Shown here: positions 20,091 through 31,414 of the stretch, piece after piece
How the letters are laid out: every line of letters starts with the position of its first letter
Position numbering within the stretch: position 1 is the first letter of the stretch
Assembly: GCA_044870765.1 (NCBI GenBank)
Contig: JBIOZG010000002.1
Span: forward strand, 1 to 64,000
Origin: Nitrososphaeraceae archaeon
GTDB lineage: Archaea > Thermoproteota > Nitrososphaeria > Nitrososphaerales > Nitrososphaeraceae
DNA: 64,000 nt
Direction: 5' to 3'
Made by a program: the position numbers and the translations under genes
The notes under the pieces: generated by a model
Told to the model about the DNA's origin: nothing
Databases searched by the model: none
Seen by the model: the letters and a program-made list of their open reading frames with translations, nothing else

Positions 20091-20828
20091 TCATTCAAAC
20101 TCCAAATACGTTTTGCGACTAACCTGATCAATAACCATTACCGACAGTGGACTGAAGTTCATTTTTTCTAATTCATTCAGCCTACCTCTAAATACACGCT
20201 CTTCTTCCGTCGTCAAAAATTCAAACACCCAAACTTTCAGAGTTGATGTGTCTATGCCCTCCTTTTTTAAATATGAGGCTATTTCTGATTGCATAAAGTT
20301 TTTTTCTGCATTATTGTTCCACGGTCTAGGTACCAGGATCACACTCTTCTTATCCTTTATGGCTTCGACTAGCTCTTTCTTCTTATACTCAATATCCTCG
20401 GTAACATGGAAACTAATTACTCTAGTCTTGTCCAGAGGAATTTTTGCCTTTGAAGCAGCAACTTGAATGGAACTTATTCCAGGCATTAATTCGACATTAT
20501 CCTTACCAAAAATTTCCAGCAATCTATCAACAACTTCAGATTCTGAAAAATTTACATCACCGGTGAAAGGAATGGTACAAGTTTCATCTTTTCCCATTTT
20601 TTCATACACCTCATTATAAGTTTCATCCTGATCTCTCATGGTTACTTCATAGACCTGATGGAAATTAGGGATGATCAAATCTCTTACAATAGATAGCGTG
20701 TATTTATATCCAATCAAATATTTGGATTTTCTTATTACATTTTTTGCTATGTCTGTCAAGTATTCCGATGACCCTGGACCCACTCCGACAAGAAATAATT
20801 TCTTCCCAATGGTTCTATTTTCCATCAA
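20091..20828 (-). CDS. cbiE: Precorrin/cobalt-precorrin methyltransferase CbiE
   Basis: VGVGPGSSEYLT, TGD, PGISSIQVAA, SFH, E.LT..EER. Confidence 0.85.
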   Translation of the reverse strand: MMENRTIGKKLFLVGVGPGSSEYLTDIAKNVIRKSKYLIGYKYTLSIVRDLIIPNFHQVYEVTMRDQDETYNEVYEKMGKDETCTIPFTGDVNFSESEVVDRLLEIFGKDNVELMPGISSIQVAASKAKIPLDKTRVISFHVTEDIEYKKKELVEAIKDKKSVILVPRPWNNNAEKNFMQSEIASYLKKEGIDTSTLKVWVFEFLTTEEERVFRGRLNELEKMNFSPLSVMVIDQVSRKTYLEFE

Positions 20829-20938
20829 ATCAATCAGTAGTAGTAAGATATTATCTGTATATCTTATTACCTTTCTTTAGCAAGGGGATCATCTCTAGTT
20901 AAAACCCAAAAATGACGAAAACAAAAGTAAAGACAAAC

Positions 20939-21421
20939 TCATGACATTTTGTATAAAGCTATTATTGGATTCCAATCCACATGTTGAAACTGTACGGGAT
21001 CTTTTGCGGGATATTTCACCCAACCCTTTACAATTGCAAAGCTGTAATTTTTCTGTTTTTCCTCAAAGTTGACTTTGACTTTAAGCTCACTACCCCACCT
21101 TTTTTCAAGAAAATACATTTCTGAAATTTGAGCAAATGTAAATACAATATTTTGATCGCTTTTTTCAATATCATTCCTTAATTCAGTAATGCCATATCCT
21201 TCTAGGGGCAAAAATACCTCCTTATTCTCTTCAAATCGTAAAAGCTGACGTCGTGAATGCACGTCATGAATTCTGTATGACATATTGGTCTTGGTTATAA
21301 AAATCAGATTTCTCTCCGTTACAACAAGCATTCCTTCTTTTTTCCTCTTCATAAAACCATCCTCTCCTCCCCAAATCCACATTAGGTGAGCTTTTATCTG
21401 CTCATTCCATTCTAACAACAT
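20939..21421 (-). CDS. Hypothetical protein (possible PH-like fold)
   Basis: 160 aa ORF; GMLVVTERNLIF pattern. Confidence 0.6.
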   Translation of the reverse strand: MLLEWNEQIKAHLMWIWGGEDGFMKRKKEGMLVVTERNLIFITKTNMSYRIHDVHSRRQLLRFEENKEVFLPLEGYGITELRNDIEKSDQNIVFTFAQISEMYFLEKRWGSELKVKVNFEEKQKNYSFAIVKGWVKYPAKDPVQFQHVDWNPIIALYKMS

Positions 21422-21608
21422 TTCATTTCTTATCCATCATGGATTTATTTTTTTCATCCCAGAATTCAAACAAACGAACATTATATCCACCGATTGTTAG
21501 CAGTAGAAGGCATCTTTAGCTTCTCATACAACAACTAATTAGAATATTATTCATAGCACATATGCAAGCAAGCCTTTTAATACAAACAGTGTCAAATTAC
21601 ACATTTAG

Positions 21609-23561
21609 ATGATAGAGCAAAAAAGCTCAACAACAATATCGGATGAAGAGAACAAGACTCTAGAAATTAATCTCCAAGGTAAAATTCTACACGAAACAAG
21701 GAAAAAGGCATTAGAGAATATAGAGGAATTCTGGGCGAAGCAAGCAGACAATTTGATATGGAGTAAAAAATGGGACAAAATTTTAGACTGGCACCCACCT
21801 TTTGCAAAATGGTTTACAGGTGGATCGCTTAACGCTTCAGTAAATTGTCTCGATAAGCACATAGATAATATCAATAAAAATAAAGCTGCAATAATATGGG
21901 AAAGCGAAGCTGGGGACGTTCGTACTATTACTTACAATCAACTCTACATTGAAGTAAACAGATTCGCAAATGCTTTGCGCAATTTGGGCGTCAAAAAAGG
22001 AGATCGAGTTACGATATACCTACCAATGGTTCCTGAATTGCCGATTGCAATGCTAGCATGTAGCAGAATTGGAGCCATCCATATTGTCGTTTTTTCCGGA
22101 TTTAGCTCCCAAGCACTAACAGATCGCATAAATGATTCAAAATCTAAAGTCATTATTACTGCTGATGAAGGAATAAGACGCGGGAAAATACTTGAATTAA
22201 AAAAAATTGTCGATAGAGCAATTGAGTCAACACCCTCAATAGAAAATGTAATTGTTCTTAAAAGAGGAACGAATGACATCAACTTAAAGGACAAAGACCA
22301 TCTTTGGCACGAACTTGTACGAAAAGAAAAATTCTACTGTCAACCTGAACTTGTTGAAAGTACTCACCCGCTCTACATATTGTATACTTCCGGCACCACT
22401 GGAAAACCAAAAGGAGTATTGCATAGCACCGGAGGTTATCTTACTCATATTTATGCAACAGCCAAATGGGTATTCGATTATAAAAACGAAGATATTTTCT
22501 TATGTACCGCAGATATAGGATGGGTTACAGGACATAGCTACATGGTATATGGTCCTTTATTGCATGGAGTCACCAGTATTATCTATGAGGGAACTCCTGA
22601 CTTTCCCACACATGATAGATACTGGGCATTGGTCGAAAAGCATAGGGCAACAATTCTATACACTACTCCAACAGCATTGCGCATATACATGAAATACGAC
22701 TTGTCAATCCCTAATACTTTTGACTTGTCTTCATTGCGGCTTTTAGGGACTGTGGGTGAAGCAATAAATCCTGAAGTCTGGTTGTGGTACTTCAAAACTA
22801 TTGGAAAAGAAAGATGCCCAATAGTTGACACATGGTGGCAAACAGAAACAGGCGGAACTATGATAAGCCAATGTCTGGGTATTGATACAATACCTATGAA
22901 ACCGGGTTCAGCAACTTTTCCAGTACCTGGAATAGATATTGGATTGGTAGACGAAAACGGTATCGATGTGGAACCCAATAGTAAGGGATATTTGGTCATC
23001 AAAAAACCCTGGCCGGGGATGTTAATGACCCTATGGAACAATGATGATAAATATGTTAATACATACTGGAACAAATTTCAAGGATTTTATTATACTGGTG
23101 ATTTTGCACTTGTAGATCAAGATAACTACATCTGGTTATTGGGAAGATCAGATGATGTACTCAAAATTGCCGGACACCGATTAGGAACTATGGAACTGGA
23201 AAGCGCTTTTGTTTCGTTCAAAGCAGTAGCCGAAGCAGCTGTAATCAGTAAACCCGATGAGCAAAAAGGAGAAGCAATAATCGCATTTCTAGTTCTCAAA
23301 ACTGGGTACAAAGAGTCTCCAGAATTAAAAGCAGATCTCGTTAATCACATTCGAAAGACAGTCGGGCCAATAGCTACTCCAAATGAAATTCATTTTACAA
23401 ATAAACTGCCAAAGACTAGAAGCGGAAAAATAATGAGAAGGGTGCTAAAATCCATCAGTACAAATTCTGAGATGATTGGGGACACTAGCACACTTGAGGA
23501 TGAAGCTTCAATTGAAGAAATAAAACAAGTATATCGGGACTTTCAAGATATAACCAAATGA
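21609..23561 (+). CDS. acs: Acetate--CoA ligase (AMP-forming acyl-CoA synthetase)
   Basis: [43 protein letters not shown]. Confidence 0.95.
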   Translation: MIEQKSSTTISDEENKTLEINLQGKILHETRKKALENIEEFWAKQADNLIWSKKWDKILDWHPPFAKWFTGGSLNASVNCLDKHIDNINKNKAAIIWESEAGDVRTITYNQLYIEVNRFANALRNLGVKKGDRVTIYLPMVPELPIAMLACSRIGAIHIVVFSGFSSQALTDRINDSKSKVIITADEGIRRGKILELKKIVDRAIESTPSIENVIVLKRGTNDINLKDKDHLWHELVRKEKFYCQPELVESTHPLYILYTSGTTGKPKGVLHSTGGYLTHIYATAKWVFDYKNEDIFLCTADIGWVTGHSYMVYGPLLHGVTSIIYEGTPDFPTHDRYWALVEKHRATILYTTPTALRIYMKYDLSIPNTFDLSSLRLLGTVGEAINPEVWLWYFKTIGKERCPIVDTWWQTETGGTMISQCLGIDTIPMKPGSATFPVPGIDIGLVDENGIDVEPNSKGYLVIKKPWPGMLMTLWNNDDKYVNTYWNKFQGFYYTGDFALVDQDNYIWLLGRSDDVLKIAGHRLGTMELESAFVSFKAVAEAAVISKPDEQKGEAIIAFLVLKTGYKESPELKADLVNHIRKTVGPIATPNEIHFTNKLPKTRSGKIMRRVLKSISTNSEMIGDTSTLEDEASIEEIKQVYRDFQDITK

Positions 23562-23592
23562 TAATGATAACTAGATGCACAAAATTCCACAA

Positions 23593-24084
23593 CTATATAG
23601 AAATTAATTTTATCTTTGAATCATTTGTAATCTTGTGATATTTGATAAATCCAGATGTTGCTGCGAGTATGTATTTTGAAGGAATTGTATTCTTGTAGCT
23701 ACATTTAGCGGCATCTAACGTATTATTACATGGTACCGCATTTTGTTTCATGTAAACGATATTACCTGAATTATCAAGCCAAATCAAATCTAAATTGAAT
23801 TGTATGTTCAACAGCCATAGAGAATACAAATCTGGTTTGTCATATACAAGAAGAAGTGAAGAGTTAAGCGGGAGTTGTTCAGTTCTAAAAGTCAGCCACC
23901 TCTGTCGTTCAGCTGGAGTTTCAGCGATCTCAGTACTTATTGAATGATTATTAATGACTATCGTCCCTTTTGAAAAATCTAAATTCCTATTTTTTACTCC
24001 CTCTGGAATAAAGGTTAAACCCAAAATTCCCAATGTTATGCTAGCAACTATAAGAGGCACAAGTACTGTGATTTTACGAACCAC
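23593..24084 (-). CDS. DUF192 family protein with N-terminal membrane anchor
   Basis: EIAETPAER, LDLIWLD, PC...C pattern. Confidence 0.75.
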   Translation of the reverse strand: MVRKITVLVPLIVASITLGILGLTFIPEGVKNRNLDFSKGTIVINNHSISTEIAETPAERQRWLTFRTEQLPLNSSLLLVYDKPDLYSLWLLNIQFNLDLIWLDNSGNIVYMKQNAVPCNNTLDAAKCSYKNTIPSKYILAATSGFIKYHKITNDSKIKLISI

Positions 24085-24230
24085 ATTAAACCGCTTGAAA
24101 TATAGTTTCTATCTTTTGAATTTATAGTTACCCTATCCTGAGAGAAATGGAAACTAGAATTTTATATCGGTGTTATAAAATAGCGCAGTGTTTAAATAGT
24201 TTCGACTTTACTTCTTGTTAAGTGAATTAA

Positions 24231-24524
24231 ATGCCAGTAGCAATACTTCCAGATGTTAGCGAACAACATTGTATCGGTTGTGCACTATGTGTCGAAATTT
24301 GTACCGCTCTTGGTCCAGATGTATTGAGGGTAAAACCAGTTGAGGGATGGAAGAGAGGTAAAGCTTTTGTATTCTATCCTGAAAGATGCATTTCAGACGG
24401 TGCATGCATCGGCGTTTGCCCAACTAAAGCAATATTTTGGATGAGACCAATGGATTACACACCAGGTCAGCCTATCCCACTAAAGAAGAATGGTCTGTTC
24501 GTAAAAGGTTGGGAAGAAGGTTAA
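24231..24524 (+). CDS. 4Fe-4S dicluster ferredoxin
   Basis: CIGCALCVEIC and CISDGACIGVCP. Confidence 0.92.
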   Translation: MPVAILPDVSEQHCIGCALCVEICTALGPDVLRVKPVEGWKRGKAFVFYPERCISDGACIGVCPTKAIFWMRPMDYTPGQPIPLKKNGLFVKGWEEG

Positions 24525-24613
24525 ACCAATAACCCCAATATTCATTTTTTTAAAAATTTCTAATATCAAAATTTTAACGGAATTCTAATTTAATTAAAGT
24601 AGAACCTTCGTTT

Positions 24614-24916
24614 TCATAGAGTTACTTTTAACAGCGCTATAATTCCAATAAGTTCTGCCACATGTATGGCTACAAAATATGGCAACAAATCATTAGAATA
24701 AAGGGGAGCCATAACCAAGTATGCATATATAGCTATCAAATTATGAAGCATTAACATAACCGTAAAGAACATGAGTCCAATAGTAAAAACCGCTTTACTT
24801 TTGAAATATATCTTGGCATAAATCACTAACAACGTCAATAAGACAGCAACATTCAGTACACTTATGACAGTACTTATATTCATAAGCAGACTCATGATGA
24901 GAATTACAATAATCAA
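24614..24916 (-). CDS. Small membrane protein (about 3 TM)
   Basis: Hydrophobic helices; start probably at a downstream Met. Confidence 0.7.
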   Translation of the reverse strand: MIIVILIMSLLMNISTVISVLNVAVLLTLLVIYAKIYFKSKAVFTIGLMFFTVMLMLHNLIAIYAYLVMAPLYSNDLLPYFVAIHVAELIGIIALLKVTL

Positions 24917-24995
24917 ATTGCTTTATCTACTTTTTTCCAAATACTGTCCAATTTGACTCCATTAAAAGTAGAAAAAAATAAAATAGAAAAAAAAT
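24913..24995 (-). pseudogene. Possible eroded 3' remnant of an ArsR-like wHTH gene
   Basis: Frameshifted fragments read YF...MESNWTVF / WKKVDKAI-stop, with the stop overlapping the membrane-protein start; resemblance to such regulators is from memory only. Confidence 0.25.
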
Positions 24996-25026
24996 AAAAC
25001 AAAGATCATGTAATCTAATCTCATTA

Positions 25027-26055
25027 ATGGGCTTAGATCTCAAACCAATTCTGACTTATACGAACATAAAGTTAGATGATCTTACAAATAAAATAATTGC
25101 AGTTGATGCTTTCAATACTATCCACCAATTTCTATCTACAATTCGAGGATCTACCGGGGAACTTCTTACTAATTCTCAAGGAGAGGTAACCAGTCACTTG
25201 AGCGGCTTATTCTATCGTAATATCAATTTACTTGCAGAAGGTATCAAACTTGTTTATGTCTTTGACGGAGTATCTAGTCCTCTAAAAGTTAATGAAATCC
25301 AACGCAGACATCAAATTAAAGAAGTAGCTGCTGAAAAATATGAGAAAGCACTCGTCGAAGGGAAATTGGAAGAAGCAAGAAAATATAGTCAAGCAACATC
25401 AGTTCTGACCGACAAAATGATAGACGAATCTAAGAGGTTGCTCTCTTTTTTGGGAATACCAACAATACAAGCTCCGTCAGAAGGTGAAGCAACAGCGTCA
25501 AATCTAACCAACTCTGATCTAGTCCATATTTGTGCAAGTCAGGATTATGATTCCATATTATTCGGTGCAAAACGACTGGTAAGAAATGTAACAATAAGTG
25601 GTAAAAGAAAAGTTCCCAATAGGAACGCCTACATTGATGTCCCTTTAGAAATGTATTACCTTGAAGATATACTCAAGCAAACTAAATTAACAATTGAACA
25701 AATGGTTGATGTAGGAATTTTAATAGGAACGGATTATAACTTTGGCGGCATATCAGGAATAGGACCGAAGACTGCATTGAAATTAATTCAAAAATATTCA
25801 AAACTGGAAAACATAGACCAACTTCAAGAACCATTATCTAATATTCCATACGAAGAGATTAGGGAAATATTCTTGAAACCAAGAGTCGCGAATGTTAGTA
25901 CTGAAGACATTAAATTTGAGTCCGTTGGATATGACAAGATAGTACAATTTTTGTGTAGTGAAAGGAATTTCTCATTAGATCGTGTTAATTCCGCATTACA
26001 AAAAGTTCAAGATTCAGATAAGAATAAGAACCAGTCACTGGAAAAGTGGTTCTAG
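25027..26055 (+). CDS. fen: Flap endonuclease 1
   Basis: AVDAFN, TSHLSGLFYR, VFDG, APSEGEA, SQDYD, GTDYN, GIGPKTA, PIP box QSLEKWF. Confidence 0.97.
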   Translation: MGLDLKPILTYTNIKLDDLTNKIIAVDAFNTIHQFLSTIRGSTGELLTNSQGEVTSHLSGLFYRNINLLAEGIKLVYVFDGVSSPLKVNEIQRRHQIKEVAAEKYEKALVEGKLEEARKYSQATSVLTDKMIDESKRLLSFLGIPTIQAPSEGEATASNLTNSDLVHICASQDYDSILFGAKRLVRNVTISGKRKVPNRNAYIDVPLEMYYLEDILKQTKLTIEQMVDVGILIGTDYNFGGISGIGPKTALKLIQKYSKLENIDQLQEPLSNIPYEEIREIFLKPRVANVSTEDIKFESVGYDKIVQFLCSERNFSLDRVNSALQKVQDSDKNKNQSLEKWF

Positions 26056-26086
26056 TTCTAGTTTTTTTGTTTTTAGTGGAGTTTTA

Positions 26087-27736
26087 TTAATTCTTAGGAG
26101 ATAACAATTCTCTTCTCTTCATTTCTTTTCTCTTCTCAGTATCAAATCTACCAAGTTCATATTGATTCAAATCTACAAATTTCATCCCTTTGGTAAGTAG
26201 TGGATGAATATAATTGATTTTTTTATATATTTGTTGACAAATGTAGCGGTAGTCAGGATGCCCTTGTGCAATTGTACGTAATTCGATCATATGGTAAAGT
26301 TCTCTTAAATTAATTTTCATGAAATATGGATATTTATAAGCAAAATTAACCACATACTGAGCTTCAACAGGTAATGTCTTTGCAATATTTTCATAAGTAT
26401 TCTTACAAAGGGACATGCAGTCTTTGAAATCCTTCTCGAGACCCGAATCAATAATTTCTTCGGGGATGTCATATCCGTGTTTAGTTGAAAGTAATTGTCT
26501 TTCGATAGTGAGAATTCTATGACGATGTAAGTCACGGAACATCCCAAAGTTGGTAAACATTTCAAATAAATATTCGACCATCTCAAACGCTCTGCCCGGT
26601 CTATGTCTCCTATTTTCACGAAATTTTGTATAAGCCGAGATTATTTCATTTATTCTCTCTTGTGGAAAGGATCTAACCAACTTGATTATATCATGAAGTG
26701 ATTGTCCATGTGCATTTTCATACAATATTGCAGAAGCTACTTTTACTTCTGCATCTTTACTATCTACGTAATCAATCAATCTCACATCTGCAGGAGAAAA
26801 GTCAGGTTGAATCTCGCACAGATATTTATCTGTCAATTTTGAAATCTCTATATTCGTATTTTTCATAAATAACTGAAGAGATTTCCCATGTTTTTCATTT
26901 ACACGTTTAATAAAAGATGGTATAACGCAATCAAGCTCAGAATTTACTAAACGGGCCAATTCCTTGAGCTCATTTAATTCAGAACAATACAATTTTGTTA
27001 GGAGATATTCAAATGCCCTACCATTTCCTGTTATACCTAAATTGGTAAGAGTCGCTGCGGGTAACATATTACGTAGAATATCTAGAGTCTTAGATCTAAT
27101 AGTACTATTGTATACCTTCTTGGCGGATTCTATATCCTGCTCATCCGTTAGTTTAGAAAAAGGACTTTCAATTTTTGAAATTGAATCAAAATATACGAAA
27201 TCATCAATGGGTTCTATTTCCGAAATAAATTTCTGCATTACAATGATACTTTTACTATAAACATTGAACGCATAATCACAGGATTCTATATATTGATCTG
27301 CGTATTTTGATCCAAGTATCTTTTCATCCCTATAATATTTATACATGCTACCAACTTTCTGATCAAATGGTATGTACCGAGATGATTTTTCTAAATAGGA
27401 TAACCCAATCCTTTGATCCTCAATCTTTTTAGCTGCAATGTTGGACACCCACTCTATTGCGATTTGTGCTTCTCCTAATTCAGCAACAGAATCATCGCCA
27501 TATTCTGATAGGATTTTGCTATAGAACTCCTTTCCTCTATTCGGATTAGTAATAAACTCGTCCAAAAAAATCTCCCTCATCGTTTTATCTGATCTAGAAT
27601 ATCTCGACATAAGCGCCCCTCTATCGACTTGTCGAGGAGTTGTAATAGCAAATACATGCTTATCTGTATTTGAAAAATGTTGATCAAGTATTGACTTTTC
27701 TTGGTCTGAAAAATCATAAACGGAGTTGAAATTCAT
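26087..27736 (-). CDS. thyX: FAD-dependent thymidylate synthase, tandem-domain type
   Basis: YGDDSVAE, SYLEKSSRY, DLHRHR, NLREL..ELR...GH. Confidence 0.85.
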   Translation of the reverse strand: MNFNSVYDFSDQEKSILDQHFSNTDKHVFAITTPRQVDRGALMSRYSRSDKTMREIFLDEFITNPNRGKEFYSKILSEYGDDSVAELGEAQIAIEWVSNIAAKKIEDQRIGLSYLEKSSRYIPFDQKVGSMYKYYRDEKILGSKYADQYIESCDYAFNVYSKSIIVMQKFISEIEPIDDFVYFDSISKIESPFSKLTDEQDIESAKKVYNSTIRSKTLDILRNMLPAATLTNLGITGNGRAFEYLLTKLYCSELNELKELARLVNSELDCVIPSFIKRVNEKHGKSLQLFMKNTNIEISKLTDKYLCEIQPDFSPADVRLIDYVDSKDAEVKVASAILYENAHGQSLHDIIKLVRSFPQERINEIISAYTKFRENRRHRPGRAFEMVEYLFEMFTNFGMFRDLHRHRILTIERQLLSTKHGYDIPEEIIDSGLEKDFKDCMSLCKNTYENIAKTLPVEAQYVVNFAYKYPYFMKINLRELYHMIELRTIAQGHPDYRYICQQIYKKINYIHPLLTKGMKFVDLNQYELGRFDTEKRKEMKRRELLSPKN

Positions 27737-27879
27737 AATACTAATACAAAATTGTCCTTATACATATTTATTCAGTATAGTAATTTTCAAGTATCGGTTC
27801 ATCAAGTTTTAAAACATCTACTAAATTATTGATTATTTTTAACAATGCCATCATTATATCCATATATCGACACATTCTC

Positions 27880-28662
27880 ATGAGCGATATAAAGCTCGAA
27901 TTTGTAGGAAAGCAAGTAAAAGATATGTACGGTGCATACGTGGGAAAAGTAATTGGTTTAGTTACTGATATCGATGGTTCCATCGAGTCGGTCGGCGTGG
28001 ACTGTGGTTCAATCGGACTAAAACAGCTATTATATGAACAACTGCTCGTTCAAGGGGACTACGTGATTTTTATACCAAGGTGGCGTATGGAAGCACAAAA
28101 ACTGCTTAGACAGAAGAGTCTTACAATCAAGAGGGTTAAGGCGCTTGAGAACTTGGTTGAAGAAAACGATCTAATGAAAGATGATGCTGAAGTTTTGCAT
28201 TTAATATATGAGAAGAGACTCGTTGATTTGGAAAACAATGAACAAGACGTCATAAATGCTTTGAATTCAAGACTACAAGAGTTGGATTCACAGAGTACAA
28301 CTATCAAAACCATAATTTTCGATGCAAAATTGCAGTACAGAAGTAATGATATTGCTGAAGACACTTATCAACAAATCAATACAAATTCAATCGAATTACT
28401 AGATCGAATTAAGCTAGAAAAAGATGAAATAACTAGCTTTCTCTCAAGAATTACTCAACCATACATAGAAGCTCCCACTGTTGAATTTGAAGAGACAAAA
28501 ATTGAAAGTCAGGAGATTATTGACGAAGTTAGTGAGGCGGAGCCTATCTCTGAGGATATTAATAACAATGAAAAACAAGAATCAGCCACATCAGAAGATG
28601 TGCAGAATGATGAGGCGGAGAGTAATTGGCTCAATGAAGTGCTTACAAGAGATACAGCATAA
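27880..28662 (+). CDS. cdvA: Cell division protein CdvA
   Basis: FVGKQVKDMYG..GKVIG PRC-barrel N-terminus, long coiled coil, acidic tail; ATG at 27880 preferred to the ORF-track start 27829. Confidence 0.85.
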   Translation: MSDIKLEFVGKQVKDMYGAYVGKVIGLVTDIDGSIESVGVDCGSIGLKQLLYEQLLVQGDYVIFIPRWRMEAQKLLRQKSLTIKRVKALENLVEENDLMKDDAEVLHLIYEKRLVDLENNEQDVINALNSRLQELDSQSTTIKTIIFDAKLQYRSNDIAEDTYQQINTNSIELLDRIKLEKDEITSFLSRITQPYIEAPTVEFEETKIESQEIIDEVSEAEPISEDINNNEKQESATSEDVQNDEAESNWLNEVLTRDTA

Positions 28663-28838
28663 TGACCGCAGTATGAGTTGACGACTCTCAAAACTTTTTA
28701 TTCTCAATATTTATTGAAAATTTTTCAAATTCTTAAGCAAATTCAGAGCATAACAAATTAGGATGATTGAGTCAATGTATTTATGTTATAGATTATTGTG
28801 CCAATACATTAAAATAAATAAGTTTAGTGTATCTTGAT

Positions 28839-29105
28839 ATGAAATACAGAAGTAGAACAGAAATAGTAGCGATGATCCTAGAGGCAGCAAATGGTGGGGC
28901 AACAAAGACCAGAATAATGTACAAAGCTTTTCTTAGCTATGCTCAATTGAGGGAATATCTCTCCGTACTGATTGAAAATAATTTACTAGAATATTTAGAA
29001 GGCTCACAAACATACAAAACAACAGAGAAAGGATTAAACTTCTTGAAAATGCACAATGAAATCGGCGAGCTTCTACAAACTTCAGTAAAAGAATCGAGAA
29101 TATAA
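28839..29105 (+). CDS. Winged-helix transcriptional regulator (HTH_45-like)
   Basis: MKYRSRTEI..ILE, ATKTRIMYKAFLSY, YKTTEKG. Confidence 0.9.
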   Translation: MKYRSRTEIVAMILEAANGGATKTRIMYKAFLSYAQLREYLSVLIENNLLEYLEGSQTYKTTEKGLNFLKMHNEIGELLQTSVKESRI

Positions 29106-29301
29106 AAAACTCATTTTTTCCTTTTAATCTATTTTTTTATTTTTTGACTCTCCCAATAATGTTGTAGTACTCTAATCTACATTCTAGAAGATATCAGGAT
29201 TCACCTACATTAGAAAACAGATCGGGTAAGCATTTCTCAAATATCACTAGTGATATATATCTTAAAATTGTACCTTGACATTACCACTCCCAAATCTTTT
29301 C

Positions 29302-29442
29302 ATGAAATGCGGAATTTGTAAGGAAGAAATAATTAAAGAAAAACGTAGAGAGCATTTAAGGTACCATAAGTTAGATGATACATTAGTAGAATGGATAATA
29401 GAAACAGATGATGATTTGATATCTTCTTACGAAAAACACTAG
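29302..29442 (+). CDS. C2H2-type zinc-finger microprotein, 46 aa (not in ORF track)
   Basis: MKCGICKEEIIKEKRREHLRYHKLDDTLVEWIIETDDDLISSYEKH. Confidence 0.65.
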   Translation: MKCGICKEEIIKEKRREHLRYHKLDDTLVEWIIETDDDLISSYEKH

Positions 29443-29555
29443 ATATTTTCTCATAATATTTTCTCATAATATTGAGTTCAACCTTGCTTTTTGCCGATTT
29501 TCCAGATAATTAGTCAAAAGAAAGAATTAATTTGAACAGATCCAAATATACCACC

Positions 29556-29690
29556 ATGTCAAACAGTCCTCAAGTATCATGTCCTTATTGCGCATCGAAA
29601 TTTAACAATAACGAAGAGTTATCCAAACACATAGATAGAATTCATGGTGATTCTGGGTTATTAGAAGGCGACCGAAGAGGGTGGAAGTAA
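29556..29690 (+). CDS. C2H2 zinc-finger microprotein, 44 aa (not in ORF track)
   Basis: MSNSPQVSCPYCASKFNNNEELSKHIDRIHGDSGLLEGDRRGWK; C-x2-C-x3-F-x5-L-x2-H-x4-H. Confidence 0.8.
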   Translation: MSNSPQVSCPYCASKFNNNEELSKHIDRIHGDSGLLEGDRRGWK

Positions 29691-29993
29691 ACAACAGCCA
29701 GTCTAACATGGATATTCAAAAGTAACTCAAATTCCTTATTTATTTCATAATTTTGATTTCAAAATTCAAATAGGAATATAGATCAATTTATCCCACATTC
29801 TTTAATATGTTGATAGTGAATAACAACGCAATCAAAAATGTCTAAGCGACATTATATTACTATTTTATGATATCATTGAATCAAAATACATTCTTGTTCT
29901 ATTATACTACAAAGAACGGTATGTAATTTGGTATTATGATATACTAATTAAAAGAGTTATATTTCAGAATGGTCTTAATTTAGATAGATAGAA

Positions 29994-30206
29994 ATGAGTT
30001 CCCAACTAATTGGGAGAAAAAACAAGTACCATAAGCATGAGTATTTGAGAAACAGTATAGAGTTGGAATATAAAGAATGCAAGTCATGTAAAATAAGGAC
30101 ACAATTTACCTGCGTTGTTTGTGGGTTTTGCTGGAGCTGTCATTGGAAAGTAGAACAATTGGCTAAAATACCAAAATATTTACTGGAAGATGTAATTAAC
30201 GAATGA
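29994..30206 (+). CDS. Cys-rich small zinc-binding protein
   Basis: CKSC, CVVC, CWSCH in 70 aa. Confidence 0.7.
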   Translation: MSSQLIGRKNKYHKHEYLRNSIELEYKECKSCKIRTQFTCVVCGFCWSCHWKVEQLAKIPKYLLEDVINE

Positions 30207-30295
30207 CAAACAGTATTTTCGAGTAATTTTTTATCGGTCAAACACTTCAATATATAATTGGTTGAGGGACCTAATACGTATTATAAGACTTATGC

Positions 30296-31213
30296 CTATT
30301 TTATAATAGAGAAATGGTCCTTGTCCGAGTTGTCTCTGTTCTCGTAAAAGACGGCATTCAACCTTTTTCCATTTTCCGCTATATCTATATTCAAGAACCC
30401 ATGTCTCAGAAATTGAGTAATAACATAAGGAGCCTGGCCTGTAATTTCATACAAATCTTCTCCGCCGGTTCCTATAGTGACAAATATGGGCCCTTTGGGG
30501 TCATTCTCGTATTTCTCGGTGTTTCTATCTGTTATTATGGGAGTAAAAGTTTTAGTCTCATTGTAGTTTAGAGGATATGTCCTTTGATAATTATGATTAT
30601 GGGCCTGTAGTACAACATCAACGCCATATTTATCAAACAGAGGATGATAAAGATCCTGCAATTCATCAAGCCCCGGATGCGTCGTATTAGATGAATAGAA
30701 TGATCTAAATGAATATACTATTATCCAATTAACACTCTTATTATCATGCGCTTTCTTGAGATCATCTTTAACAAACTTATATTGTTCTGAAGTTTCATTG
30801 TATGGTATAACCCTATTTTTGGCTGTTGCCATTGAAAGGAAATGAACATTTCCATAATCAAATGAATAAAATGGACTATCCATATTGAAATGTTTCATAT
30901 ATTCAGTAAATTTGGCAGGAAACATCTCATTATCTCCAATCGCAATTTTTAATCTTCCATCAGTATCTAATGGAGAAACAACATGAAACCAACAATCTGC
31001 GGTTTTCTGATACGATAGGTCTCCTAACCCTATGACCACTTCTGGTTGCCTGAGTAACATATTGGTTATTGTTCTATTCGCATTCTTACCACAACCAAAG
31101 TCTCCTGCAGCTACAAAATTAAATTCAGAATTATTTGCTTGAGCCGTTCCGAATGCATAATTTACAAAGATTGTGAGGGTGCTGATGGAGAAAAACACCA
31201 TCATAAATAACAC
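30296..31213 (-). CDS. Secreted metallophosphoesterase (purple acid phosphatase-like)
   Basis: Signal peptide; AAGD, GLGDLSY, GDNE (variant of GNHE), AHNHNYQR. Confidence 0.85.
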   Translation of the reverse strand: MLFMMVFFSISTLTIFVNYAFGTAQANNSEFNFVAAGDFGCGKNANRTITNMLLRQPEVVIGLGDLSYQKTADCWFHVVSPLDTDGRLKIAIGDNEMFPAKFTEYMKHFNMDSPFYSFDYGNVHFLSMATAKNRVIPYNETSEQYKFVKDDLKKAHDNKSVNWIIVYSFRSFYSSNTTHPGLDELQDLYHPLFDKYGVDVVLQAHNHNYQRTYPLNYNETKTFTPIITDRNTEKYENDPKGPIFVTIGTGGEDLYEITGQAPYVITQFLRHGFLNIDIAENGKRLNAVFYENRDNSDKDHFSIIK

Positions 31214-31414
31214 GGAAATTTCTTTTCTAGCTAATTTAAAAATTAAAAATGAAAATAAATCTATTTTACACTCCCTTTCTTTGAGCTGTCGTGATCTATT
31301 TTAACCTAATCATATATGAAATTTTGGACGATTACAAACTTAGCGAATCAAGAGGGGCGCAGTAGATTCCAACGTCCAATTAAAGTTGATATATGTGTTT
31401 ATTGCTAATATACT

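Noticed and set aside
29443-29473. Tandem 13-bp repeat ATATTTTCTCATA x2.4
   Set aside because: Probably replication slippage in AT-rich DNA; no further copies seen
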